A stretch of 64,000 bases of DNA from the NCBI GenBank assembly GCA_963513695.1, contig CAUPRL010000014.1:14050-78049 (forward strand), read 5' to 3'. Origin of the DNA: an uncultured Flavobacterium sp. (GTDB taxonomy: Bacteria; Bacteroidota; Bacteroidia; Flavobacteriales; Flavobacteriaceae). Made by a program: the position numbers and the translations under genes. The notes under the pieces were generated by a model. That model searched no databases. It was given only the letters and a program-made list of their open reading frames with translations, and was not told the origin of the DNA. Position 1 is the stretch's first letter; each line of letters opens with the position of its first letter. Positions 57,401 through 64,000 of this stretch are shown one piece after another.

Positions 57401-57820
57401 AAACAATCGGTTCAGTTAGCAGTTCACGAACAAAAAGACCCTTTACTTATCTATAAATTCGAAGCCTACAATTTGTTTAGTTCGATGTTGAATGGGGTGA
57501 ACAAAGAAGTGATTTCATTCTTATTCAAAGGTGATTTACCGCAACAAGCGGCCGCTCCAATTCAAGAAGCGAAAGAAGTTCGCCAGAAAGAAAAGTACAC
57601 CGAAAGTAAAGACGAAATTGTAAGCAGCGAAAACGCCAATCGTGAAGCAGGACAAACACAACAACGTCAGGTTACAGAAACCATTGTTCGTGATCAACCG
57701 AAAATCAATCGCAACGATACGGTAAAAATCCAAAACGTTGCTAATGGACAAATACAAGAAATGAAATACAAAAAAGCCGAAAGCTTAATCGCAAACGGAA
57801 CTTGGGTTTTAGTTCATTAA
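54479..57820 (+). CDS. secA: Preprotein translocase ATPase
   Basis: 1113 aa. Contains [14 protein letters not shown] and the DEAD-like [21 protein letters not shown], plus [12 protein letters not shown]. Confidence 0.97.
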   Translation: MSFINSIIKAFVGDKSQKDVKALQPYLAKIKTFESALAALSNDELRARTTFFKDKIKQARADKDSKIASLKQEAESIEDIDKREDIYVAIDALEKEAYEISEKTLMEILPEAFAVVKETAKRFKENTEIKVIATPQDRELSATKTYITLDGDNAIWSNSWNAAGKQITWDMIHYDVQLIGGMVLHEGKIAEMQTGEGKTLVATLPIYLNALTGNGVHLVTVNDYLAKRDSTWKAPLFEFHGLTVDCIDNHQPNSEGRKKAYNADITYGTNNEFGFDYLRDNMAHSPDDLVQRKHNYAIVDEVDSVLIDDARTPLIISGPVPEGDRHEFNELKPKIENLVALQRQLANGFLSESKKLIKEGNTKDGGFLLLRAHRSLPKNKALIKFLSEEGIKQLLQKTENQYMQDNNREMPKVDEALYFVIEEKNNQVELTDNGIKFLSGDTDSNFFVLPDIGTEIAIIEKKNLEKDKEAEEKEKLFQDFGVKSERIHTLTQLLKAYTLFEKDVEYVIMDNKILIVDEQTGRIMDGRRYSDGLHQAIEAKESVKIEDATQTFATVTLQNYFRMYSKLAGMTGTAVTEAGELWQIYKLDVVEIPTNRPMVRKDKEDFIYKTTREKFNAVIEDVTELSNAGRPVLIGTTSVEISELLSRMLKMRGITHNVLNAKMHKQEAQIVEEAGKPGVVTIATNMAGRGTDIKLSAEVKAAGGLAIVGTERHDSRRVDRQLRGRAGRQGDPGSSQFYVSLEDNLMRLFGSERVAKVMDRMGLQEGEVIQHSMMTKSIERAQKKVEENNFGVRKRLLEYDDVMNAQREVVYKRRRHALHGERLKLDITNMLYDTCDLIVTDNKATNDFKNFEFELIRYFSITSPVSESDFSKLTEIELTGKVYKAAMTFYTEKTERSAREAFPIISNVYLDKNNQFERIIVPFTDGIKSLNVVTDLKKAYETNGNQLVADFEKNITLAIVDEAWKKHLRKMDELKQSVQLAVHEQKDPLLIYKFEAYNLFSSMLNGVNKEVISFLFKGDLPQQAAAPIQEAKEVRQKEKYTESKDEIVSSENANREAGQTQQRQVTETIVRDQPKINRNDTVKIQNVANGQIQEMKYKKAESLIANGTWVLVH

Positions 57821-57844
57821 TAAAACATTATAAATTTCATATCA

Positions 57845-57877
57845 ATCCTCAATTACGAAAGTAGTTGGGGATTTTTA
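57845..57877 (+). terminator. secA terminator
   Basis: 12-bp stem ATCCTCAATTAC / GTAGTTGGGGAT (two G-U pairs) with a GAAA loop, followed by T5. Confidence 0.8.
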
Positions 57878-57954
57878 TATTAAGTTATTAAGGAACTTAT
57901 TTTTATTTTTTTCTGTTTTTTTTAAACAAGACAAATTTGTCTTATTTAAAATAC

Positions 57955-57962
57955 TATTTTTG
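57955..57962 (+). promoter_or_regulatory. Candidate -7 promoter box for the unlisted ORF
   Basis: TATTTTTG lies 20 nt upstream of the CTG at 57983. This is the same spacing class as at ffh, argS, the FKBP gene and the DUF2795 gene. Confidence 0.45.
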
Positions 57963-57982
57963 CGTTTCTAAACCAAAATAGT

Positions 57983-58360
57983 CTGAAACAGTTTTTTGTC
58001 ATAGTACTTTCTGCTATTCTATTACTCCCGTCTTTTGGGAATATCATTCTATTTACTAAGTTTAAAATCCAGCAAGACGAAATTGCCAAAACAATTTGTA
58101 TTCAGAGAAAAATAGCTAATAACAGCTGTAACGGGCGTTGTGAACTTCGTAAGACCTTAAAGCAATTTGATGAGAACGAACGAAAAATGAATACTATTTT
58201 GAAAGAAAAATTGGAGCTCATTTATATCAAACCCATTTTTGGAAATAAATTAGCCCAAACTTTCAAATCCTATTCTTCTCAATTATTAGTTTTCCATTCG
58301 ACTGAAAAACCAATTTCGATAAGTAAATCTAACTTTCGACCTCCCACCTATTTTATATAA
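57983..58360 (+). CDS. Unlisted 125-codon ORF: N-terminally anchored small protein with a C-x9-C-x3-C motif; no ATG/GTG/TTG start available (CTG proposed)
   Basis: My translation is (L/M)KQFFVIVLSAILLLPSFGNIILFTKFKIQQDEIAKTICIQRKIANNSCNGRCELRKTLKQFDENERKMNTILKEKLELIYIKPIFGNKLAQTFKSYSSQLLVFHSTEKPISISKSNFRPPTYFI*. An in-frame TAA sits at 57947. The only upstream in-frame near-cognate codons are ATT at 57956 and CTG at 57983. Confidence 0.5.
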   Translation: MKQFFVIVLSAILLLPSFGNIILFTKFKIQQDEIAKTICIQRKIANNSCNGRCELRKTLKQFDENERKMNTILKEKLELIYIKPIFGNKLAQTFKSYSSQLLVFHSTEKPISISKSNFRPPTYFI

Positions 58361-58399
58361 ATTTTTAATTCTCTTTTCAATTCTTTTTGAAAAGCCATT

Positions 58400-58424
58400 T
58401 TTCATTGGCTTAAAGCCAATGAAA
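58400..58424. promoter_or_regulatory. Perfect inverted repeat TTTCATTGGC-ttaaa-GCCAATGAAA
   Basis: Read directly from the sequence. It lies 40 nt after the small ORF stop and 33 nt before the receptor ATG. No U-run follows. Confidence 0.45.
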
Positions 58425-58457
58425 TACTTGTTATTATTCTAAATTTATATAAACAAA

Positions 58458-60641
58458 ATGAAAAAAATATTTCTTACCCTATTGATATTAGGGCAAGTCG
58501 CCATTGCGCAAAACAATTCTAAGAAAAAAAATACTAAAGCTGTTCAAGACAGTACGAAAGTCGAAAATTTACAAGAAGTATTTGTAACTGCCAATCGTTC
58601 AGCCTCATTACGTAAAGAAACTCCAGTGGCTGTCAGCAAATTGACTGCAAAAACAATTGACGAAACCAAAGCGGTTGCAGCTTATGAAATCATCAACAAA
58701 ACTCCGGGAGTATTGATGGTGAATCTAGGTAATGAACAACACTCTATGTCCATTCGCCAACCAATGACTACCAACGCTTATTATTTGTATTTGGAAGATG
58801 GTTTGCCTATTCGACCAATGGGAATTTTCAACCACAATGCCTTATTGGAAATCAACCAATTCAATCTTCAAAGTATTGAGGTATTAAAAGGCCCTGCTTC
58901 CTCTTTATACGGTCCTGAAGCCGTTGGTGGAACCATCAATTTAATCTCGCTTAAACCTTCGATCAATCCCGAATTAAAAATTGGAATGCAGGCTGATCAA
59001 TGGGGTTACAAACGAATCCAAGCTTCTGCTGGAGCTACTATTGGTAAAATCGGTTTTCATATTGCAGGAATTTCGAGTTTACAAGAAAACGGCTGGATGA
59101 CTTTTTCTGATTACAATAAAGACAATATCAATGCGCGAATTGATTACAACATCAACTCAAAAACCCGATTAATCAGTAATACAATGTGGGGAAAATACTA
59201 TTCTGATATGAGCGGAAGTGTGAATGAAGCCGCTTTTTACAACAGAACCTACAAGAGTACAACTGATTTCACGTATAGAAAATCCGATGCCTTGAGAACA
59301 AGATTGACCTTGGAACACGACTGGAATGGTAACGCTTCAAGTTACATCACTGCCTATTTTAGAGACAACAAATTGGGACAAAATCCATCTTACGGAATCC
59401 GATGGAGTCCTACGGTAAACCCAACATCAGCAAAGGGAGAAGTAAATTCCAACAACTTCAAAAGTTATGGTGCTATCGCGCAACACACTCAAAAATTTGA
59501 TTTTTTAAACACCAAAATCGTTGGTGGAGCACTGTATGATTATTCTCCTGTAACCTATTGGGCTTATCTACTTGAAATGAAAGCTTATCTTAATCCGGGA
59601 TCGCCAGGAAAACAAACCGTGGATCATTATGAAATCACTGCCGAACGTCAAGATGTAAAACTATCCAACTATACAGCCGATATTTTCAATACTGCTGGTT
59701 ACGCACAAGTGAGCATCAACCCATTGGAAAAATTGATTGTAACCGCAGGAGCACGTTATGACAATTTGAAAGTCAATTACAACAATGCTATCGACAGTTC
59801 TACTGGAACAAAAATATACGACAAACCTACTTTTAAATTTGGTGCTAACTACAATCCGGTTCAATTTACCGGAATTTATGCCAATTATGCCCAAGGATTT
59901 GCTCCTCCAGGAATCACTTCGATTTTTAGAGCTAAACCTGGAACAGGCGGAACTACAGGTAAACCAGCTCAGTTTTATTACAACCTCGAACCGGCAACAT
60001 TCAATAATTACGAAATTGGTGGTTGGTTAGCTTTAATGGGAGGAAAATTAAACTTCGATTATGCTGTGTATTATATGGATGGTAAAAACGAATTGTTAAG
60101 TGTTCGTTTGCCTGACAACTCAACCGATTACCGTTCTGTTGGAGAAACTAGACACAAGGGAGTGGAATTTGGCGGAAATTACAAACTACTTTCCAACCAA
60201 ATAAACATCCGCTTTGGAGGTACTGTTTCTGAACATACTTATATCGATTTCAAGGTTTCAGATTATCCAACAGATGTTTTGAAAAATCTGGACGGAAAAG
60301 AAATGCCACAAGCTCCAAGATGGTCAGGAAATTCCGAAATCAGTTATTACCCAAATTGGTTGCCTAAATTCAGAACTTCTGTCGAATGGCAATCGGTGGG
60401 AAGTTATTACCAAGACCAAATCAACACCATTAAATATGCTGGTTACGACATTTTCAATTTCCGAGCTGGTTACGAATGGAAAGGGATTGAAATCTATGGA
60501 AACATCATTAACATTACCGACAAATTATATGCTTACAACGTTTCGAGAGGAAATTTAAGCAGCTCGCAACCCACTTATACGGCTGCTGCACCAAGAACAT
60601 TTTTGGTAGGCTTACAATATAATTTTTCATTAAGCAAATAA
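58458..60641 (+). CDS. TonB-dependent outer-membrane receptor (siderophore-receptor size class)
   Basis: 727 aa with a signal peptide. Plug region: EVFVTANRSASLRKETPVAVS, IEVLKGPASSLYGPEAVGGTINL. The C-terminal barrel ends in GLQYNF. Confidence 0.9.
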   Translation: MKKIFLTLLILGQVAIAQNNSKKKNTKAVQDSTKVENLQEVFVTANRSASLRKETPVAVSKLTAKTIDETKAVAAYEIINKTPGVLMVNLGNEQHSMSIRQPMTTNAYYLYLEDGLPIRPMGIFNHNALLEINQFNLQSIEVLKGPASSLYGPEAVGGTINLISLKPSINPELKIGMQADQWGYKRIQASAGATIGKIGFHIAGISSLQENGWMTFSDYNKDNINARIDYNINSKTRLISNTMWGKYYSDMSGSVNEAAFYNRTYKSTTDFTYRKSDALRTRLTLEHDWNGNASSYITAYFRDNKLGQNPSYGIRWSPTVNPTSAKGEVNSNNFKSYGAIAQHTQKFDFLNTKIVGGALYDYSPVTYWAYLLEMKAYLNPGSPGKQTVDHYEITAERQDVKLSNYTADIFNTAGYAQVSINPLEKLIVTAGARYDNLKVNYNNAIDSSTGTKIYDKPTFKFGANYNPVQFTGIYANYAQGFAPPGITSIFRAKPGTGGTTGKPAQFYYNLEPATFNNYEIGGWLALMGGKLNFDYAVYYMDGKNELLSVRLPDNSTDYRSVGETRHKGVEFGGNYKLLSNQINIRFGGTVSEHTYIDFKVSDYPTDVLKNLDGKEMPQAPRWSGNSEISYYPNWLPKFRTSVEWQSVGSYYQDQINTIKYAGYDIFNFRAGYEWKGIEIYGNIINITDKLYAYNVSRGNLSSSQPTYTAAAPRTFLVGLQYNFSLSK

Positions 60642-60705
60642 CTATTTTATTCTACCCTTTCAGAGTTTTGAACTCTGAAAGGGTTATATAATACAAAAAG
60701 AAAAA

Positions 60706-62307
60706 ATGAACAACACACCAAAAGAAGTCAACTCTTCAAAAAAGAAGGATTCCAAGTTCGTTAAAAAAATCAAGCAAAAAATATATGCTTGGCATCGTAT
60801 TATTGGAATTATTACCATAATTCCGGTTATTTTCTGGACCTTGTCGGGATTAATGCATCCGTTTATGGCGCATTTTTTCAAACCTACTATTGCAAATGAA
60901 TTTCTAGTAGCAAAACCAATTGACAAATCCCAATTGACGCTTTCCATTCAGGACGTTTTGCAAAAAAATAAGATAGCCAAGTTCAAGAATTTCAGAATTG
61001 TTTCCTTTGACAATTCGACTTATTATCAAGTAAAAACCACGAAAGACGAACTGGTATATTTCAATGCTTTGGATGCCAAGAAACTGGAAAATGGAGACCA
61101 AAAGTACGCTCATTGGCTTTCCCGTTATTTTTTGGATGACCAAAAAAGCACCATTGTCAAAACCGAAATTCTAACCGAATTCACTTCACAATACAAATAC
61201 GTTAACCGCTATTTGCCCGTTTACAAAACCACCTTCAATCGCCCTGATACAATGGAAGTGTATGTAGAAACGTCATCGAGCAAGCTGGCCACATTTAACC
61301 CAAAATCGAGACAAGCTTTTATCTGGTTTTTCGACACTTTCCACAATTGGGCTTTCATCGATTGGATTAGCAACAACAGCATTCGCATTGTCGTAATGTT
61401 TTTGTTTCTTTCCATCATCTTTTTTTCTGCCATAAGCGGAATTGTAATCTATGGTCTGTTTTGGAAACAATTCAGAAAAACGGATAGTTTGAATCCAAAA
61501 AAAGGAGTCCGAAAATACCACCGTCAAATAGGAATCTGGGTTTCATTGTTTACTTTAACCTTTGCATTTAGCGGTGCTTATCACGCTACTACAAAATGGG
61601 AACCTTATACCTTGGACAAAATGGCGTTTGAACCTGTTTTTGAAACCAAAGACATCCAAACACCAAACAACGCTCTTGCAGTAGATTGGAGCCGAATGGA
61701 AAATACTAGCATCATCACCTTAAATGACAGTATCTATTATCAATGCCAATTGGCTTTAGCCAAAAACAAAAAATACAACAAACCCAAAAAGGATTCAAAA
61801 TCCAAATGGGGCAAAAAAGAAAATCCAAAATCGGAAATCCTTTATGTCAATGCAGCGACAAACAAAGTTGTTCCAAACCTTGATGTGGAATACGCCAAAT
61901 TCCTGGCTTACTATTTCAGTGATGGAGGTCCAAAAGCTGCTTGTTGCGAAATGGATGACGTTACAACAGAAAAAACAAGTTTAGAAGAAGCCAAATTATT
62001 AGAAACCAAAGTTTTGACAGAATTCAATAGTAGAGAATATGGCTTTGTCAACAAACGTTTGCCAGTTATAAAATTGGCTTTTGACACACCCGAAAACACA
62101 ACTTACTTTATTGAAACTGCCACTTCAAGACTGGCTTCAGTAACTGAAAAATCGGATATAATCGAGGGCTATTCTTTTGCCATTTTCCACAAATTTCTAT
62201 TTATGGATTGGGCGGGCAAAAACATACGCGATTTGACAATGGTTTTGGCTGCTTTGGTCGTTTTAATAGTCAGCCTTTTGGGTTTAATTCTGTTTTTAAA
62301 AAAATAA
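60706..62307 (+). CDS. PepSY-associated TM-helix protein (PiuB/FoxB-like putative periplasmic-face reductase)
   Basis: Four TM helices each carry a conserved-looking His: WHRIIG...LMHPFMAHF, FHNWAFIDW, YHRQIG...AYHAT and FHKFLFMDW. There are two internally duplicated PepSY-like ectodomains. Confidence 0.8.
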   Translation: MNNTPKEVNSSKKKDSKFVKKIKQKIYAWHRIIGIITIIPVIFWTLSGLMHPFMAHFFKPTIANEFLVAKPIDKSQLTLSIQDVLQKNKIAKFKNFRIVSFDNSTYYQVKTTKDELVYFNALDAKKLENGDQKYAHWLSRYFLDDQKSTIVKTEILTEFTSQYKYVNRYLPVYKTTFNRPDTMEVYVETSSSKLATFNPKSRQAFIWFFDTFHNWAFIDWISNNSIRIVVMFLFLSIIFFSAISGIVIYGLFWKQFRKTDSLNPKKGVRKYHRQIGIWVSLFTLTFAFSGAYHATTKWEPYTLDKMAFEPVFETKDIQTPNNALAVDWSRMENTSIITLNDSIYYQCQLALAKNKKYNKPKKDSKSKWGKKENPKSEILYVNAATNKVVPNLDVEYAKFLAYYFSDGGPKAACCEMDDVTTEKTSLEEAKLLETKVLTEFNSREYGFVNKRLPVIKLAFDTPENTTYFIETATSRLASVTEKSDIIEGYSFAIFHKFLFMDWAGKNIRDLTMVLAALVVLIVSLLGLILFLKK

Positions 62308-62328
62308 CAAATCCATCATTAAAAACTA

Positions 62329-62360
62329 ATCCTCAACTAGCAAAAAGTTGAGGATTTTTT
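62329..62360 (+). terminator. Rho-independent terminator
   Basis: ATCCTCAACT-agcaaaa-AGTTGAGGAT followed by T5. Confidence 0.85.
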
Positions 62361-62465
62361 GTATAAATCAAAATATGAAAAAATCCTAAAACGTTTCTCT
62401 AATGAAAAATATTCGTTATATTTACTTGATTAAAAACTAAGAAAATTAACTTAAAATATATCAAT

Positions 62466-62585
62466 TATGGCAAAGAGTCAAGACGCAAAAAAAAACGTAA
62501 AAAAAGAACCTCTTAAAACCGCAAAGGAAAAAAAAGAGGAAAAAAGAGAAAAGAAAAACAGTCCGAAAAGAGATTAATGCTCTAA
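62466..62585 (+). CDS. Possible 39-aa highly basic small protein
   Basis: My translation is MAKSQDAKKNVKKEPLKTGKGKKRGKKRKEKQSEKRLML*. It sits between two strong terminators. The sequence is A-rich, so a chance ORF cannot be excluded. Confidence 0.3.
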
Positions 62586-62590
62586 ATCAA

Positions 62591-62627
62591 AAACCCTCGT
62601 TTAGTGATAAACGAGGGTTTCTTTTTT
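62591..62627. terminator. Bidirectional terminator
   Basis: AAACCCTCGT-ttagtgataa-ACGAGGGTTT is flanked by A-run and T-run. It serves the small ORF (+) and pepD (-). Confidence 0.8.
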
Positions 62628-62641
62628 AAATCAAATGAAGA

Positions 62642-64000
62642 TTACTTCACAGGAATATTCTCCAAAATCTCCAATACAAATTTCCAGAATTTCTGTGAAG
62701 ATTTAATCGAGGCTCTTTCGTCTGGCGAATGCGCTCCTTGAATCGTTGGCCCAAAAGAAATCATATCCATACCAGGATAATTCGTTCCCAAAATTCCACA
62801 TTCTAAACCTGCATGACAAGCCACTACTTTTGGCTTTTCATTATTTTGCTTTTCATAGATTTTAACCAATAAATCCAATATTTCAGATTTCACATTAGGC
62901 GTCCAACCTGGATAAGAACCCGCCAAATTCACTTCGCAACCACACAATTCAAAAGCAGAACGCAAGGCATTTGCCAAATCAAATTTGGATGTTTCTACCG
63001 AAGAACGCGTCAAGCAACTGATCAAAATTTCACCATCTTTAATAATAACTCTAGCAATATTGTTTGAGGTTTCAACCAAATCTTCCATATCGGCAGACAT
63101 ACGGTAAACACCATTGTGAGCAGTATAAATCGAGCGGAGAATTCCTTCTTGAACCCCTAAATCCATTACTTTTTTTGGTAAATCGCATTTCGCGATTTCG
63201 ATTGTCAAGTTGGGTTCTGTAGTTTTATATTCAGTTTTGATGTCGTTGATGATTTCCTGCATATCAAAAATATACGCTTCGTCATACATTCCTGCAACAA
63301 TCACTTTGGCAACACTTTCTCGCGGAATCGCATTGCGCAAACTTCCACCATTGATTTCGGAAACTTGAAGTCCAAAATTTTCGAAAGCATCAAACAACAA
63401 ACGGTTCATAATTTTGTTGGCATTACCCAAACCTTTATGAATATCCATTCCTGAATGTCCTCCATTTAAGCCTTTCACGGTAATCGTGTACCCTACAGAA
63501 TCCTCCGGACTCTCCTCTTCCTGATAACTTCTAGTTGCAGTAACATCGATTCCTCCGGCGCATCCAATGTCGATTTCGTCATCTTCTTCGGTATCTAAAT
63601 TCAAAAGAATTTCACCTTTCAGAATTCCGCCTTTTAGATTCAAAGCACCCGTCATTCCGGTTTCTTCATCGATAGTAAACAAAGCTTCAATTGCTGGATG
63701 TTTAATTTCTTTGGATTCCAAAACGGCCATAATCATCGCAACTCCCAAACCGTTATCAGCGCCAAGAGTGGTTCCGCGAGCACGAACCCAGTCACCATCG
63801 ACATACATATCAATTCCTTGTTTGTCGAAATCAAAAATGGTATCTGCATTTTTTTGATGCACCATATCCAAATGCCCTTGTAGCACAATGGGTTTGCGAT
63901 TTTCCATTCCAGCTGTGGCAGGTTTGCGGATAATCACGTTACGGATTTCATCTTCAAAAGTTTCCAATCCTAATGAATTTCCAAAGTTTTTCATAAATTC
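62642..64000 (-). CDS. pepD: Aminoacyl-histidine dipeptidase (M20C, PepD-like); 5' end beyond the right window edge
   Basis: Contains LQGHLDMVHQKN, FTIDEETGMTGA and GPTIQGAHSPDE. The frame stays open upstream of the track's Met (EFMKNFG...), and known PepD proteins have about 30 more N-terminal residues. Confidence 0.85.
   Translation of the reverse strand, partial: EFMKNFGNSLGLETFEDEIRNVIIRKPATAGMENRKPIVLQGHLDMVHQKNADTIFDFDKQGIDMYVDGDWVRARGTTLGADNGLGVAMIMAVLESKEIKHPAIEALFTIDEETGMTGALNLKGGILKGEILLNLDTEEDDEIDIGCAGGIDVTATRSYQEEESPEDSVGYTITVKGLNGGHSGMDIHKGLGNANKIMNRLLFDAFENFGLQVSEINGGSLRNAIPRESVAKVIVAGMYDEAYIFDMQEIINDIKTEYKTTEPNLTIEIAKCDLPKKVMDLGVQEGILRSIYTAHNGVYRMSADMEDLVETSNNIARVIIKDGEILISCLTRSSVETSKFDLANALRSAFELCGCEVNLAGSYPGWTPNVKSEILDLLVKIYEKQNNEKPKVVACHAGLECGILGTNYPGMDMISFGPTIQGAHSPDERASIKSSQKFWKFVLEILENIPVK

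Noticed and set aside
1-64000. Search by eye for tRNA, rRNA and tmRNA genes, transposases, integrases, phage genes, toxin-antitoxin pairs, and restriction or defence genes.
   Set aside because: Nothing convincing was found. No T-loop-like GGTTCGAAT/GGTTCGATT motifs were noticed. Every ORF above about 150 aa has a metabolic, envelope or housekeeping assignment, or is a plain membrane or secreted protein. The window looks like core chromosome rather than a mobile or defence island.

Overview
The window is a low-GC chromosomal segment that reads like a Flavobacterium-type Bacteroidota genome. It has T9SS C-terminal sorting domains, many TAnnTTTG -7 promoter boxes placed about 17-23 nt ahead of start codons, a BACON-domain lipoprotein and a dense glycosidase operon. 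I found no rRNA, tRNA, CRISPR array, transposase or integrase.

Gene content, left to right:
- 1-13.4 kb: a tightly packed minus-strand operon of GH95, a carbohydrate esterase, BACON-GH5, GH39, GH97, GH31 and GH2. This enzyme set looks like a xyloglucan-type utilisation locus. It faces a divergent Nudix/NrtR-like regulator.
- 14.4-19.3 kb: housekeeping genes (lpxK, Nif3-like, rluF).
- 19.3-25.1 kb: a five-gene membrane cluster ending in a minimal exosortase (XrtN-type) and its single MSEP-CTERM VIT/vWA substrate.
- 25.2-27.5 kb: folD and ffh.
- 28.6-33.0 kb: a T9SS-targeted DUF2271-like protein with an ApbE flavinylation motif, convergent with apbE, which sits directly downstream of cydAB.
- 33.2-40.5 kb: argS, a 1419-aa T9SS type-B adhesin with nested repeats, and fabH.
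- 40.7-57.8 kb: assorted secreted and outer-membrane proteins, an ABC-F ATPase, an SDR fused to a Cys4-type finger, a methyltransferase, a PduO-type adenosyltransferase and secA.
- 58.0-62.3 kb: a TonB-dependent receptor and a PepSY-TM (FoxB-like) pair, preceded by a 125-codon ORF that has no canonical start codon and is missing from the supplied track.
- Right edge: a truncated pepD.

The most interesting candidates are the surface-exported flavinylation substrate with ApbE and cytochrome bd, the XrtN/MSEP-CTERM cassette, and the hidden CTG-start ORF.

All family calls come from motif recognition by eye. No searches were run.
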